DNA of 64,000 nt from Moniliella sp. 'wahieum' (taxonomy: Eukaryota): the NCBI GenBank assembly GCA_003971905.1, contig RSEE01000023.1, positions 434,001 to 498,000 on the forward strand, given 5' to 3'. This document shows positions 12,961-25,141 of the stretch, piece after piece. Under the pieces are notes generated by a model that saw only the letters and a program-made list of their open reading frames with translations, was not told the DNA's origin and did not search any database. The stretch's first letter is position 1. Every line of letters begins with the position of its first letter. The translations under genes were made by a program, and so were the position numbers.

Positions 12961-13511
12961 TGTCATGGGGGGGGTCCCGAGGTGGGACCCCCCCTGTAGT
13001 TTAGGGGTGTAAACCCTTGGACAGATCAATCGGTGGCTCGTACGTTAGGTCCTGCTCCAGATCCTGGTTGAACCGAGCGGGTGTAGAGGCTAAGGGAGAG
13101 ACCCTCTAATTTGGGTGGCTGCCTGCGTGCAAAGGCCGCAGTCCAGACCCTCCGAGGTAGGAGCCGTGTACGTAGGTCGTTAGACCAGCTGAAGGGGTCC
13201 AGGAGCTCCGGAGTTACTCTGTTCCTCGTCGCGTTACCACACTCGGTACGCTGTAGCCGGCGGGAACAGACAGAGTCCTAAAGAAGAGCAAGCGCTACTG
13301 ATGTGAGTAACCGCGGCTTGCAGTGCACTCGACGTAAGTCGTAAATTCGTAAGCGTAAGGGTGGTAGAAGGTGGAAGGGCGAGAGAGGAACTGGTAGTCG
13401 GGGAGACCAACGGTAATAGACAGGATGGTCGACCAAGACCACAGCTAGCAAGCCTTAGACATGGCTGCTTATATACAGCAGAAGGAACCAGGCCTCAAGT
13501 GCCTCATGACA
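12961..13511. mobile_element. Possible solo LTR
   Basis: Termini TGTCATG...CATGACA (7-bp inverted, TG..CA); TATATAAG on minus strand near 13468-13475; no ORF; flanks ATCCT/GGTAT are not a TSD. Confidence 0.4.
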
Positions 13512-15074
13512 GGTATAGACAAAATGCGGGGCACTTCCCAGAAAGGTAAAGAAGACTAATGCACAGCCCTTGCTTCCCAAGGCGCTGACGCTGCGCAGTC
13601 GGGCGCAGCAGGAAGGGTTCTGACAAGACTGGCCGCAATAGGCACAAGGCATCGTACCGATAAGACCATGCGGCCATGGCGGGCCGCGGAGGATATCCGC
13701 AGCAAGGATAAGGTGTCGACTGCTCTCTCTCGCTAGTCTAACCGAACTGACGCATGTTGGGCTGAGATGTCTACGACATGCGGGGCTCAGCGTCCGGAGA
13801 TAACCGGAGCGCCCCGTATGCGTTGCGCACCACGGCAATCCATTGAGCCAACATGTCGGCTAGGAACATCGTGCCGCGAACATCATACAGTATATGCCAT
13901 AGCGACATCTCAACAACATCAGTATGATTATGCTGACGTTCTTGCCCTATAATCATGCAGATCTCTCTCGGTTTCGCCGGCAATGGAGGCATCTTTTTGC
14001 TTCAAATAAGCATCACACAACGCGAACGTGATCGTATAAATTCAGGACTTGGTATGCTTTGTATGCACAAAAAAGGGAAAACACGGCATACTAATGCGAT
14101 TTTAAGATGGCCAAGTTGTGATCGATGGATGGAGGACATATTTTCTTCTACCTTTTCGTGATTCATGTCTCGGTCATTGAGAATCCTTTAGCATTATCGT
14201 TGCAGTTGGATCAACTTAGTGGAGCCAGATTGCCCCGACTCCTTGAAAAGCCACGGATCGGGAGCTGATATAAGAGCACGGTGTGATTCACAAGAACCAT
14301 ACATCGAATGTGGTAGCAGTGTCGGTCATCTCCGTAATGTTGTGGACGAGAAGAAGAGGCACAGGGGAAGTGAATAAAACCCACAGAGAATGCACGAAAT
14401 GCACAAGGAAGGGGATGTGGAGGAGCGATCATAACGTGGTGGCTTTGCGGCAGCGCCACAGTGCAACTCTTGGAGAAGCGATTGTCTCCACGCCGCAGCA
14501 GCTACTATAGCAACCCATTGAACTCCCGACGTCTATCAACGGACACACAGGATGTGCGTGCGGGAAGGAGCGAAACTAGTTTTATGCGAGCAATGAAGAC
14601 AGTCTTGCAGAAATTACCCCGCATACGTAAACTGCATAAGCCCTCGGATTCTCAGATTCGGATCTGGGATCCGGCAAAGCCATAAATCAAACCCTAGTTA
14701 AAATGCTGCGGCCCGGCGTAAAATAAACATACACTGACCTTGTGCAATACTTGCCAAAAATAATAGTGGCACACTGCTATAGAGCCTTGGCCTTTCGTTT
14801 GGCTGGTGACGGCGAAGCAGGCCGCTACCCCTTGGTCCCGCACGCGATTTGGACACCACCAGCCAAGACTAGTTAAGTGCGTATCCTACCTTGTTACACG
14901 CCCGGGAAAGGACGCGACATGAACGGGGTGCTGTGCATGCTCCTTATGGTGTGCCGTGCTGGCCGTTTGGCTGTGCCAGTCTCGCCCCGTTCACCTTGTG
15001 CTCGCCCCATTCGCCTTGTGGAGGCGAGGAGGAGGCACAGAACAAAGGAAACTGACCATTAAGGGGTTTGCAGG

Positions 15075-15694
15075 ATGGGTTTCCGTCACAACAACATCCT
15101 CCACAACAACCATTTCCGCAAGGACTGGCAGCGCCGGGTCAACGTCTGGTTTGACCAGCCCGGTGCCAAGAAGCGTAGGCGCAATGCCCGCGCTGAGAAG
15201 GTGGCGCGCTCGGGTCTCAAGCCCGTTGACTCGCTCCGCCCCGTTGTGCGGTGCCCTACGCTCAAGTACAACAGCAAGCTGCGTGCTGGCCGTGGGTTCA
15301 CCCTTGAGGAGCTCAAGGCTGCTGGCATTCCCCAAAAGCTTGCTCGCGTGATTGGTATCGCGGTGGACCACCGCCGCAAGAACCGCTCGGAGGAGGGTCT
15401 GCGTCTCAACATTGAGCGCGTCAAGGCGTACCGTGAGCGTGTGGTTGTCATCCCGGCCAAGGGCAAGGGTGCCAAGCTCGCTGAGCTTGCCTCGGCGCCC
15501 AAGGTTGAGAATGTTGCTGCTGCGTTCCCCATCCCTGCTGGCACGGTCGCCGAGAAGCCTCGCGCAATTACCCAGGAGGAGAAGGACTTCGAAGCCTTCA
15601 AGACTTTCGCCACGCCCGCAACACCCACCGCCAGGCTGGCTTCCGCGCTGCTCACCAGGCCAAGAAGGAGGCTGAGGAGAAGGCCAAGAAGTAA
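15075..15694 (+). CDS. RPL13: 60S ribosomal protein eL13
   Basis: HNNILHNNHFRKDWQRRVNVWFDQPG...LRPVVRCPTLKYNSKLRAGRGFTLEELKAAGI...IAVDHRRKNRS; C-terminal indels, TAA at 15692-15694. Confidence 0.96.
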
Positions 15695-16378
15695 TTGGCG
15701 TTGCTGCTGCGTAAGTGGTAGACCATCATTGGGTCAAATGACTGTTCTCGGATCGTTTGCGGCCTGGTGGTTGGATGCCTTCTCTCTTCTTTCATTTCCC
15801 TTCTCACCATGCACCCCCCCAAAAAACCGATGCCTGTCTGCCATCTCCGTTTCGGATCAGGTTCGCCTTACTCATGGCCCTGGGCTGCCATGCGAGATGG
15901 GTGAAGTTTTGCGTTTTAGTTGGGGACTTGTCTCGTTGCCCGGTCACGGGACACAGCTTTCTCTCACTGTTCCTGGCCCACCCGTATGCCCATCTCTTTA
16001 CCTCCCATTTTCCATCGCTTCGGACATAGACCGTAGCTATTTATCTTTTTGCCAGCGGAGGGGTGGAAATGTATTTCGAGGAACCCGCAGGTTGGGGCCT
16101 GAACGTTTGGGTAATCTCCATTGGCTTCTTTCCCTTTGGCATTATGGTCGGTTTCTTGGCTCGCTTTGCCAATGCGTCTACCATCGCCGCATGGCTTGGC
16201 CATTCTCTTTCCACATCCCACCGCCTTGATGTTTCTCGCCTTCATAGCACGCTTGCCCTTGGTATCTCAGTAACATATTGGCAAGCGCTCTGGTCATTTT
16301 GCTCTACACTGCCAGATCAGTGGGATGACAGGCAGTGGCATGAGACAGGCGGCCTCCGATGACATGTGACAACAGGTG

Positions 16379-17493
16379 TCATGGCGATGCGAACAATCCT
16401 TGACGATAAGAAATCCAGAGGCGGTAGAACAGAAAACGACGACCAGGCCGAGCTGGAAAGGAACCTGATCCTTCGGGCGCCCTTCCCGTTACAACATGGA
16501 CTCGTGTAAAGTAGTTGAGGCGGTAATCAGCGCTCGACCAAGCCAACAGATTCATGTTCGGTCTTGGGTGGGCCTTGGACATATTTAGCAAAGAAAGATA
16601 GATGGTCCAAAACACCTGTTACCCGTCCCGTCAGTCTTTGTCGCTGCATTCCACAAAACCACAATTGCAGCAAGATTTGGACTTGGTACTTACACCACAA
16701 GTAGATACAAACGGCACCCGGTACTTGAGGGGCATGAAGCGGAAGTTTATCAGCTGGACCAGCGGCCATACTTTCCAATTTGACAGCAACAGTCTCCGAG
16801 TACATCTGTCCACCACCCCACCATCGCCATGCCCACATGCTAGGTTAGCGTCCGCTTCGTCATTGATGTCAACCTGAGAGAACGTACGGTACGGTACTTC
16901 TCAGTAATTTCTGCCTGAGAGCGGCCCTCCAGGATAGAGATGATGCCAATGAAAGCAGCAATGCCAAAGGGTGAACTGCATCGGTAGGGAGATGTGTGGG
17001 ATTCCACATGCGGAGTCAGAGGTGAGAAGGGAGGTATGGGGGAGGGGGGTGAGACGTACAATATTCCTTGATCAACCGCCACACGACGCAGCAGGAGAGG
17101 AAACCGCACTTGCCCGGCTTTGACCACAGGAAAGCGCCGCTCCAAAAACTTATTCCACATGTCCAGTGGAGGCGCCATGATCACGCCAAAACTGAGGAAA
17201 CGGAGAGAGCGCATCAAATCATAGCTTGGAACTAACGCCAGAGAGGAAGGGTGGTGTAGTAATGAGGAGCCCACCCCTTGGCCCGATGGCTCGGTGACGG
17301 GACGAGGAGAGACGATGTTGCCAGAGACCTTGTCGGCAGAGGGCTGATGCCCAGAATGCTTGGCATCGTACAACTCAAAGCCTTGGGCGCAAGCATCGGC
17401 GAGCATGCTAAGCGCGCCGTTGGCGACAGCGAGGGTGAGCCAAGGGCGGCGGTCAAAGGAACGGGCGTAGAAGGTGGAAAGACGGGCAAACAT
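16379..17493 (-). CDS. Mpv17/PMP22 family membrane protein (SYM1-like), spliced; 3' end uncertain
   Basis: RRPWLTLAVANGAL..LADACAQ, YDLMRSLRF, RRVAVDQ, NWKVWPLVQLINFRFMPLKYRVPFVS, WTIYLSLLN. Confidence 0.85.
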
Positions 17494-17827
17494 GATGGTG
17501 GTGGAGATGGGGGGGGGGGGGTCAAATGCACAGCGCGGTTGTATATAGGTGTTGGTGCGGTTGGGCTGAACACCTCAGCGCGCGCGCTGAGAGGATCCTC
17601 AGTGGTGGAGTATCAAGTGTGAGATTGAAAGGTGGGTAGGACGGGGTGATCGACCTAGTATGGGCGAAGCAAGAGGGGGGATCGTGTGGCTTTCGTTTAA
17701 TGAACACTTTAATAACAGAACGGACAGAGCACAGACCACTTGCCTCAGCGGCTCTATCTCGCAAACCATAATTTACTGTCGGCCGGTGAGTGTGGTGATC
17801 GGTGAGAATTGATCGAAGCAAAGAGAA

Positions 17828-17899
17828 GGGGCCGAATCGGGGTTGGAACCTGGGACGTCACGCGCGTCACGACAGCACAGGACCACTACCACGCCGACA
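17828..17899 (-). pseudogene. Degenerate tRNA-Pro-like sequence
   Basis: Minus strand ...GCGTGACGTCCCAGGTTCCAACCCCGATTCGGCCCC resembles the tRNA-Pro 3' half; A-box-like GTGGTAGTGGT upstream; stems and anticodon arm do not fold properly. Confidence 0.4.
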
Positions 17900-20156
17900 T
17901 TCAATGCACGCTCCAAGAAGGCCATCAGGGCATGCCCGATAGGTATGGGTAGGGAGGGACAGGGACAATCGACAACGCTGGTTACTGAGACCACCGTGCT
18001 GAGACTTTTTGGACATGCCCCATGCCGTGCGCTCAGCCTGACAGCCTCAGCCTGACGGCGCCTCAGCCTGAGAGGCGCATCGGACACCAAAGCCGAGTGA
18101 TTGAATTGAAATTTGAAAGGCGACCCGGTCACTGACCGGTGAGACTGGGGTGGCAATATAGCAAGTCAAGTTGCACCACACCACCAATGGGACGTTGGGT
18201 CTGTACGCCGGCGAGCGCAGCTGTAGACTGGCTCGCTGGTGTCGCCATGCCACTCGCACCATTGCTCACCACCACCATCGCCACCCGGAACTACTTGGGG
18301 ATGGATGTTGCCGCCCTTTCGGATGGGAAGCCACGCGTCGCTTCCCTTTTGCCGGACCCAACAGCACGGCAGCATGAGTCCACCTGGCTGGCGAACTCTC
18401 CTGGGTCCGAGCCAACGGCGGATGAAAGCCCCGCCCCGTCCCAGTTTCTGGCTAACCTGGCCCCCCGTGCCAGGTTCCACATGTCCAAGCCATCCATATG
18501 ACCTATTCTCCTCAAGGTGAATCCAACAGTGAGGGATCTCGAGTCGATATGGATTGGACACGGGCCTAGAGGGGTCGTATGGATCGCAGGTCTAGAATGA
18601 ATGAATGGTTCGGCGATTCCAGCTGCGGGCGGAGGTTTTGACAAAGGCGTCATTGGGCGCAGTGATGGTGACCCACAGATGACCGCAACCTGACACTACG
18701 GCCTCTGAGGATCACACTGATCCTCGACGGTGATGCAATCACACTTTGGGTGGTGGTTGTGGCCAAGTCAACTCCAAAAGCACCAGCCGAGGGACACCCT
18801 GCAACAAGTCGCGGCTGGGCCGTTGGCCGTGGAACTGGAAAGACGGAAGTGAGAAAAGGGCGGAGCTCCTAGGGCTTGAGGATGGACAGAAGGGTCTTTG
18901 TCCAAACACACGAGCCATCCTATGGCACACATGCGTGGCCGATGCACATATCATTCTCGCTTATTTGATGGTGGGGACATATTGGAGTACGAGTGCCATT
19001 TCCCCGCGGCGGCGGCCCAGTCCAGCGAGACCCTGTTATAACTTCCACCTACATCCTCATGACCACTTGAGACGGCCCTAATCTGCCAAGGTACGCCGAA
19101 TTGATTCGTTCGTGCAGACAGCCAACTCTGTTGGAACATCGAACGTGGTCGGAAACGGTGGAGAATGGGGGTTGCTCCCTCCTTCGTCGACGAAGTGGAG
19201 GAGAGAGAGTCAGGGGTATATGACAAGCATGGACGAGCCCAGGCAAAAGCTATCAATCTTTAAGAATGGAAGGCGCCCAGTGTGACACCATTGGCCCTGT
19301 GGCCCAAACCGTGAGAGAAAGGTGGTGAGTGGTGAGTGTGTTTTGTCTGCCGTCCAAAGGCCTGACCTCAGGGGTGTTCACCGATTGAAGAATAGCATCC
19401 GATACCGCTTTTTGTTCGTAGCGCGCAATCGATAGCCACAGCTAATCAAGGAGCCCCCCGGAAAAGGGGCTGCTCGTGAAATTTGAACGCAGTTTCCCGC
19501 GGGCCTGCTTAGCGCTTCTGAGCGCCCAATCGCTTGCGGCCGATGGGGGGCGCGGGGGGGCACTGGGACGCACCCGCGGTCAGCGGAACGCCGGGGTGAA
19601 ATTTTGCGTAGGGTTGCAGACTTACGTGCGGCTCGACACTGGTGCGGTGCCCCTCTTTTTTTTATGCCACGTTCCCGCGTCGCCGCCTAGTCCCCATCAG
19701 CGCAGAGGCTCAGCGCCCAGCCTCCCACGGGGCCAGCGTCGGGTGGTGCCCAGCCACAGCGACGCGCGGCTGGGCGATTGCTCTGCGCTGCGTTTCTCTT
19801 CTCCTCTCTCTCCCCACCACCGCCACCCCCTCCGCCCTCACCGTCCCCGCCTCTTCTTCAGAGCACGCCCTCGAGACGTCTGCTCTGCCCTAGAGTGTAA
19901 AAACAAAAAGTATGTTCTCCCCCTCGCCCCTCCCCCAGTGCCCTGTCTACTGCTCTCCCTTGCACTTCATCGGCCCGCACTTGCATCCACGCTCGTGCTG
20001 TCGTACCCCTCCCCGTCGTGCTGGTTTGTTGACCTTCTTTTCCTTCTCCCGCTGCAGCCCACAAAAAGCAGAAAACTTGAAAACCCAAGCAACTCATTTT
20101 CCTCAGTTCTATTGAGCCTGCCGCATCGTTCAACTCTGCTTCTTCCTTTGCCCCCC

Positions 20157-22071
20157 ATGTCTGCCCCGAACAAGCCACTGCTACTTCTCCCGCCCCCGCT
20201 GAGGCCCCGCTACCGCGGCGCCGGCGGCTGCGCCTGCCTCTTCCTTGCCCCTGAGAGCACTCCTGCTCCCAGCAGCGATGCCGTCACTGCCCCGTCGTCA
20301 GATGCGGCCGCTGCATCCAACCCCTCCTCGCTGTATGTGGGCGAGCTGGACCCTGTCGTGACGGAAGCCCTGCTTTTCCAGATCTTCAACATGATCGGCA
20401 CCGTGCAGAGCATCCGTGTCTGCCGCGATGCACAAACCCGCCGCTCCCTCGGCTACGCCTATGTCAACTTCAACGAGCCTGCTGACGCTGCGAAGGCGCT
20501 CGAGGAGCTTAACTACTCTGCCATTCGTGGTCGGCCGTGCCGCATCATGTACTCGCAGCGCGACCCTGCCCTGCGCCGTACGGGTGCTGGCAACATCTTC
20601 ATCAAGAACCTGGATGAGAGTATTGACAACAAGACTCTCCACGACACGTTCTCTGCCTTTGGCAAGATCCTCTCGTGCAAGGTGGCCACGGATGAGCGTG
20701 GCCAGGGTCTGGGATACGGCTTTGTCCACTACGAGACCAAGGAGGCAGCGGACCAGGCGATTGAGCATGTCAATGGCATGCTGATTAACGACAAGAAGGT
20801 GTACGTGGGTCCCCACGTACCCAAGAAGGAGCGTATGGCCAAGTACGAAGCAGCCAAGGCCAAATTCACCAACGTCTACGTCAAGAACCTGGACCCGGAG
20901 ACTACTGACGATGAGTTTGAGGCGCTCTTTGCCAAATTTGGTGAAATTACCTCGTGGCACATGGCCAAGACTGCCGAGGGCAAGTCTGTCGGCTTTGGCT
21001 TTGTTAACTTTGCTTCGCACGACGCGGCTCAGACGGCGGTGAACGAGCTGAACGACAAGGAGTTCAAGGGCCAGAACCTGTTTGTTGCCCGTGCCCAGAA
21101 GAGTCTGAACGTGAGGCCGAGTTGCGCCGCAACTACGAGTCGGCGCGCAACGAGCGTCAGTCGCAGCTGCAGGGCGTCAACCTTTACGTCAAGAACTTGC
21201 CTGAGGACTTTGACGATGAGCGTATTAAGGCCGAGTTTGATGCCTTTGGCACGATCACTTCGACCAAGGTCATGCGTGAGCCTACGGGTTTTCCCGCGGC
21301 TTTGGCTTTGTCTGCTACTCTACGCCTGACGAAGCCAACAAGGCTATTGTGGAAATGAACGGCAAGATGTTTGACAACAAGCCGCTTTATGTCACGCATG
21401 CTCAGCCCCGTGAAGTGCGTCGTCAGCAGCTCGAAGCTCAGATGCTGCAGCGCCAGCAGCTGCGCCTGCAACAGCAGGCTAGCCAAGGCATGGGATACGG
21501 TGCTCCCAACTTGTACTACGGTCAACCTTTCCCTGGCCAAGCTGCGCCGATCCCCCGTGGTGCTCGCTACCACCGCTACCCTGGTGTCGTGCCTCAGGCC
21601 ATGCCCATGCCCCCCTACGGACAGGTGCCTGCTCAATTCCAGCCCGGTGGTCTTCCCCCCATGGCCTTCCCGCCCCGCCCGCCGCGTGGCCCTCGCGGTG
21701 CGCCGGCTGGCCCTTGGCTCGGCCCGGTGCCTCAGGACCCGTCTCGCTCGGGGCCTAAGCCTCCTCGTGGTGTGCCTGTGCCCATGCCTGTGGCGCCGGT
21801 GGAAGGAGTGCTCAACCCGGCTGCTTTGGCTGCTGCCCCGATTGAGGAGCAGAAGCAGATGCTCGGTGAGGCGATTTACCCGCAGATTGCCGAGACGCAG
21901 CCTGAGCTGGCTGGCAAGTTGACGGGTATGCTGCTCGAGATGCCAGTGGAAGAACTTCTCCACCTGGTTGAGAACCGTGCTGCCCTCGATGCCAAGGTGG
22001 AAGAGGGTCTGCTTGTGTTGCAGGAGCACGTTTCCTCGGCGGCCCCGCCGGCCGTGGAGGCCAGCGCTTAA
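20157..22071 (+). CDS. PAB1: Polyadenylate-binding protein (4 RRM + MLLE/PABC), indel-frameshifted
   Basis: SLYVGELDP..., RRSLGYAYVNF, GNIFIKNLD, FTNVYVKNLD, GVNLYVKNL, EQKQMLGEAIYPQI...AGKLTGMLLEM. Confidence 0.96.
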
Positions 22072-22686
22072 GTGCGTCGTGGCTTCACTCCTATGTACTT
22101 GCCCCATGACTTTTTTAGGCTTTAGGGCGGGTTTGGGCCTTGGTAACATCTTCCATCCAGTCCTCGGCCTGTGATGGTAGTGTTGTGATGGTCTGCTGTC
22201 TCTTTTCTCTTATCTTTCCTGGCACGGTGAGCGTGTTGAACGATCGCGGCTTGCTCTTTTTGACTGTTGTATGGACGGGCGGGAGACAGGGTGGAATGGG
22301 CCAGAGTAGATTCTAGCTATGCCGCGCGTACGGACAGGGATGCGCAGGCGACTTGGTGACTCCACGGGTGTTCGGTGGGGGGAGGGTGGGAGCGAAGGCA
22401 GGTGCAAGGAACGCGCGACGGACCGCGGCTGAGGCTCAACACCCAAAGCTCCTGCGCGGCTGCCACGGCGGCGGCCAGGCGCTGTGCTGCCCTGGTGCCT
22501 ACGCGCCAACCAACGCAGGGGCTCCGCACGGGGGCAGTGCTGCTGGTGGCGCTTACGTAGAGTGGCCGCGAGATAGATCGCATGGCCGCGGGGTCACTCG
22601 TACGCCTTTCCTGCATCCCCACCCCCCCCCACCGCGACTACCTCTACCACCGCCACCACCGCTACCACCGCCACCACCCCCTTGCC

Positions 22687-24495
22687 ATGGGTAACCTCTG
22701 CAGCTGCGCCCGCTCGCGCCACGCGCAGTACGAGCCCCTGCTGCTCGACAACGAGCGCGATGCCGTCGCGGACCTGCTCCAGTACCTCGAGAACCGCTCG
22801 GAGACCGACTTTTTCCAGGGCGAGCCGCTCAAGGCGCTTCCACCCTTTCGTACAGCGACAATGTCGACCTTCAGCGAAGCGCCGCCCTTGCCTTTGCCGA
22901 GATCACCGAGAAGGAGGTCCGTGCTGTGGCCCCGACACACTCAAGCCCATCATGTTCCTTCTCAAAAGCCACGATGTGGAGGTGCAGCGCGCGGCGAGCG
23001 CCGCGTTGGGCAACTTGGCTGTTAACAGTGCGTCCCCCTTCCCCCCTTCCCCTTTCCCCTTTCCCCTGTGTGCAGATGGCGCTGACATGGCACGATATGC
23101 TAGCGGAAAACAAGCTGCTCATTGTCGCCTGGATGGGCTTGAGCCGCTTATCCGCCAGATGCTCAGCCACAATGTCGAGGTCCAGTGCAACGCTGTCGGC
23201 TGCATCACCAACCTGGCCACTCACGATGAAAACAAGACGAAGATTGCCAGTCAGGAGCACTCGTGCCCTGACCAAGCTGGCCCGTTCCAAAGACATGCGT
23301 GTGCAGCGCAACGCCACGGGTGCCCTGCTCAACATGACCCACAGCGACGAAAATCGGCAGCAGCTGTGGCTGCCAACGCCATTCCAGCCCTCGTCAGCCT
23401 TCTGTCGAGCAATGACACGGATGTGCAGTACTACTGCACCACTGCTCTGAGCAACATTGCTGTGGATGCGGAGAACCGTAAGAGGCTTGTATGGGATGAG
23501 CCCACGCTGGTTCAACGTCTCATCGCTTTAATGGACAGCAACAGCCTTCGTGTTCAGTGCCAGGCTGCCCTGGCGTTGCGCAATCTGGCCAGCGACGAGA
23601 GGTACCAAGTTGACATTGTGCGATATGGGGGGCTGACCCCGCTATTGCGTTTACTCCAAAGCTCCTTCCTCCCTCTCATCCTCTCGGCGGCAGCATGCGT
23701 GCGCAACGTCTCCATTGACCCCCACAACGAGACGGCCATCATCGAGGCTGGTTTCCTCCACCCCTTGATCGAACTCTTGAGCCACGACGATAACGAAGAG
23801 ATCCAGTGCCACGCCATCTCCACCCTGCGCAACCTTGCTGCCAGCAACGAGCGCAACAAGGCCGAGATTGTCGCGGCAGGTGCGGTGCAGCGGATAAAGC
23901 AGCTTGTCCTTCATGTGCCCCTGAGTGTCCAGGCCGAGATGACGGCCTGCGTTGCCGTCTTGGCCTTGAGCGAGGACCTTAAGCCTCAACTGTTGGGCAT
24001 GGGCATCTGCGAGGTCCTCATCCCCCTCACCGCTAGCGAAAGTATAGAGGTGCAGGGCAACTCGGCTGCCGCCCTGGGCAACTTGGCGAGCAAGAGCGAA
24101 GACTACGCGCCGTTCAATGCTGTCTGGGACCACCCCGCTGGCGGCTTGGAGGCGTACCTTGTCCGTTTCCTTGAAAGCGGCGACTCGACCTTCCAACATA
24201 TTGCTGTCTGGACCATTCTCCAGCTGCTCGAAGGGAAGGACCCGGAACTGGAAGGCCACTTCCGTGCCTCGAAAAAGATCTTGCCGTTGGTCCGTCAGTT
24301 GGCGTTTGCCCCGTCCGATCCTACCCCAGCGCGGCAGGCGACAGGGATACCGAGTCGGTGCAAGACGAGTCCGTCTCCCCCGAGGGTTCCTCAATTGTGC
24401 CCTCCAACTCGGGATCGGACGAACAGGGAGCTGAGGCTGAAATTGCCAACTTGGCTCAGCGTCTCGTCTCCATGTTGGAGGAAGACCAACAGTGA
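22687..24495 (+). CDS. VAC8: Vacuolar armadillo-repeat protein Vac8 (intron 23028-23103)
   Basis: MGNLCSC acylation motif; [82 protein letters not shown]. Confidence 0.95.
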
Positions 24496-25141
24496 GTCCT
24501 CACCCTCCTATCGTGATCGAGGATGCGACGTGGCGGTGTTACCTGTTCACCTCCGAAAGCGGCTGGAGGGCACCCCGCCGCTTCTGATATACGTCCCTTC
24601 TCCTGTAGTTGTTCTTATCCTTTCTCTTTCCCCGCACTGCTGCTAAGCGGCTGAGCCGTTATGGTTCGATCCCTGCTTTGCCCCTACTTTTTTTTCGAGG
24701 GGTTCCTTTCTTGTTTTGACCTTGTACGCCCACCCTTTTTTCTCTATGCCATGCCACGCCACGCCCAATAAGCCGTGTGCTGAAAGTCCCCCCTTGAGCT
24801 TACTCCTAGCTTTACTGGTACTTCCCAAACGGTTGCTGTGCATTGTGACGGTTACTTCTAGTTGCCGCAAAGGAGATGCAGCATTCAAATATAAAGATTG
24901 CAAGGGTAACAGATGGAGACCGGGGAAGAAAGTGGAAGCCATGGAGGGCGACAGCGCACCAGCCAGGTGGGAGCTGGAGCTCAGTCGCACATGGTGGACA
25001 AGGGAAAGTCTCACCATCACACGAATGCAATGCACCGTATGGACGAAGTAAAAAAATTGACCAACACAAGGTAGTAGTAACAGTGGAGCTGGTAAGATAG
25101 TGGGGGTGGGGGTCGGGGGGGGGGGGGAGGAAGAGAGACGG

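Noticed and set aside
19476..20156. Long N-terminal extension of PAB1 in the 617-aa ORF
   Set aside because: GC-rich promoter and 5' UTR read-through from a non-ATG start; the probable start is the ATG at 20157
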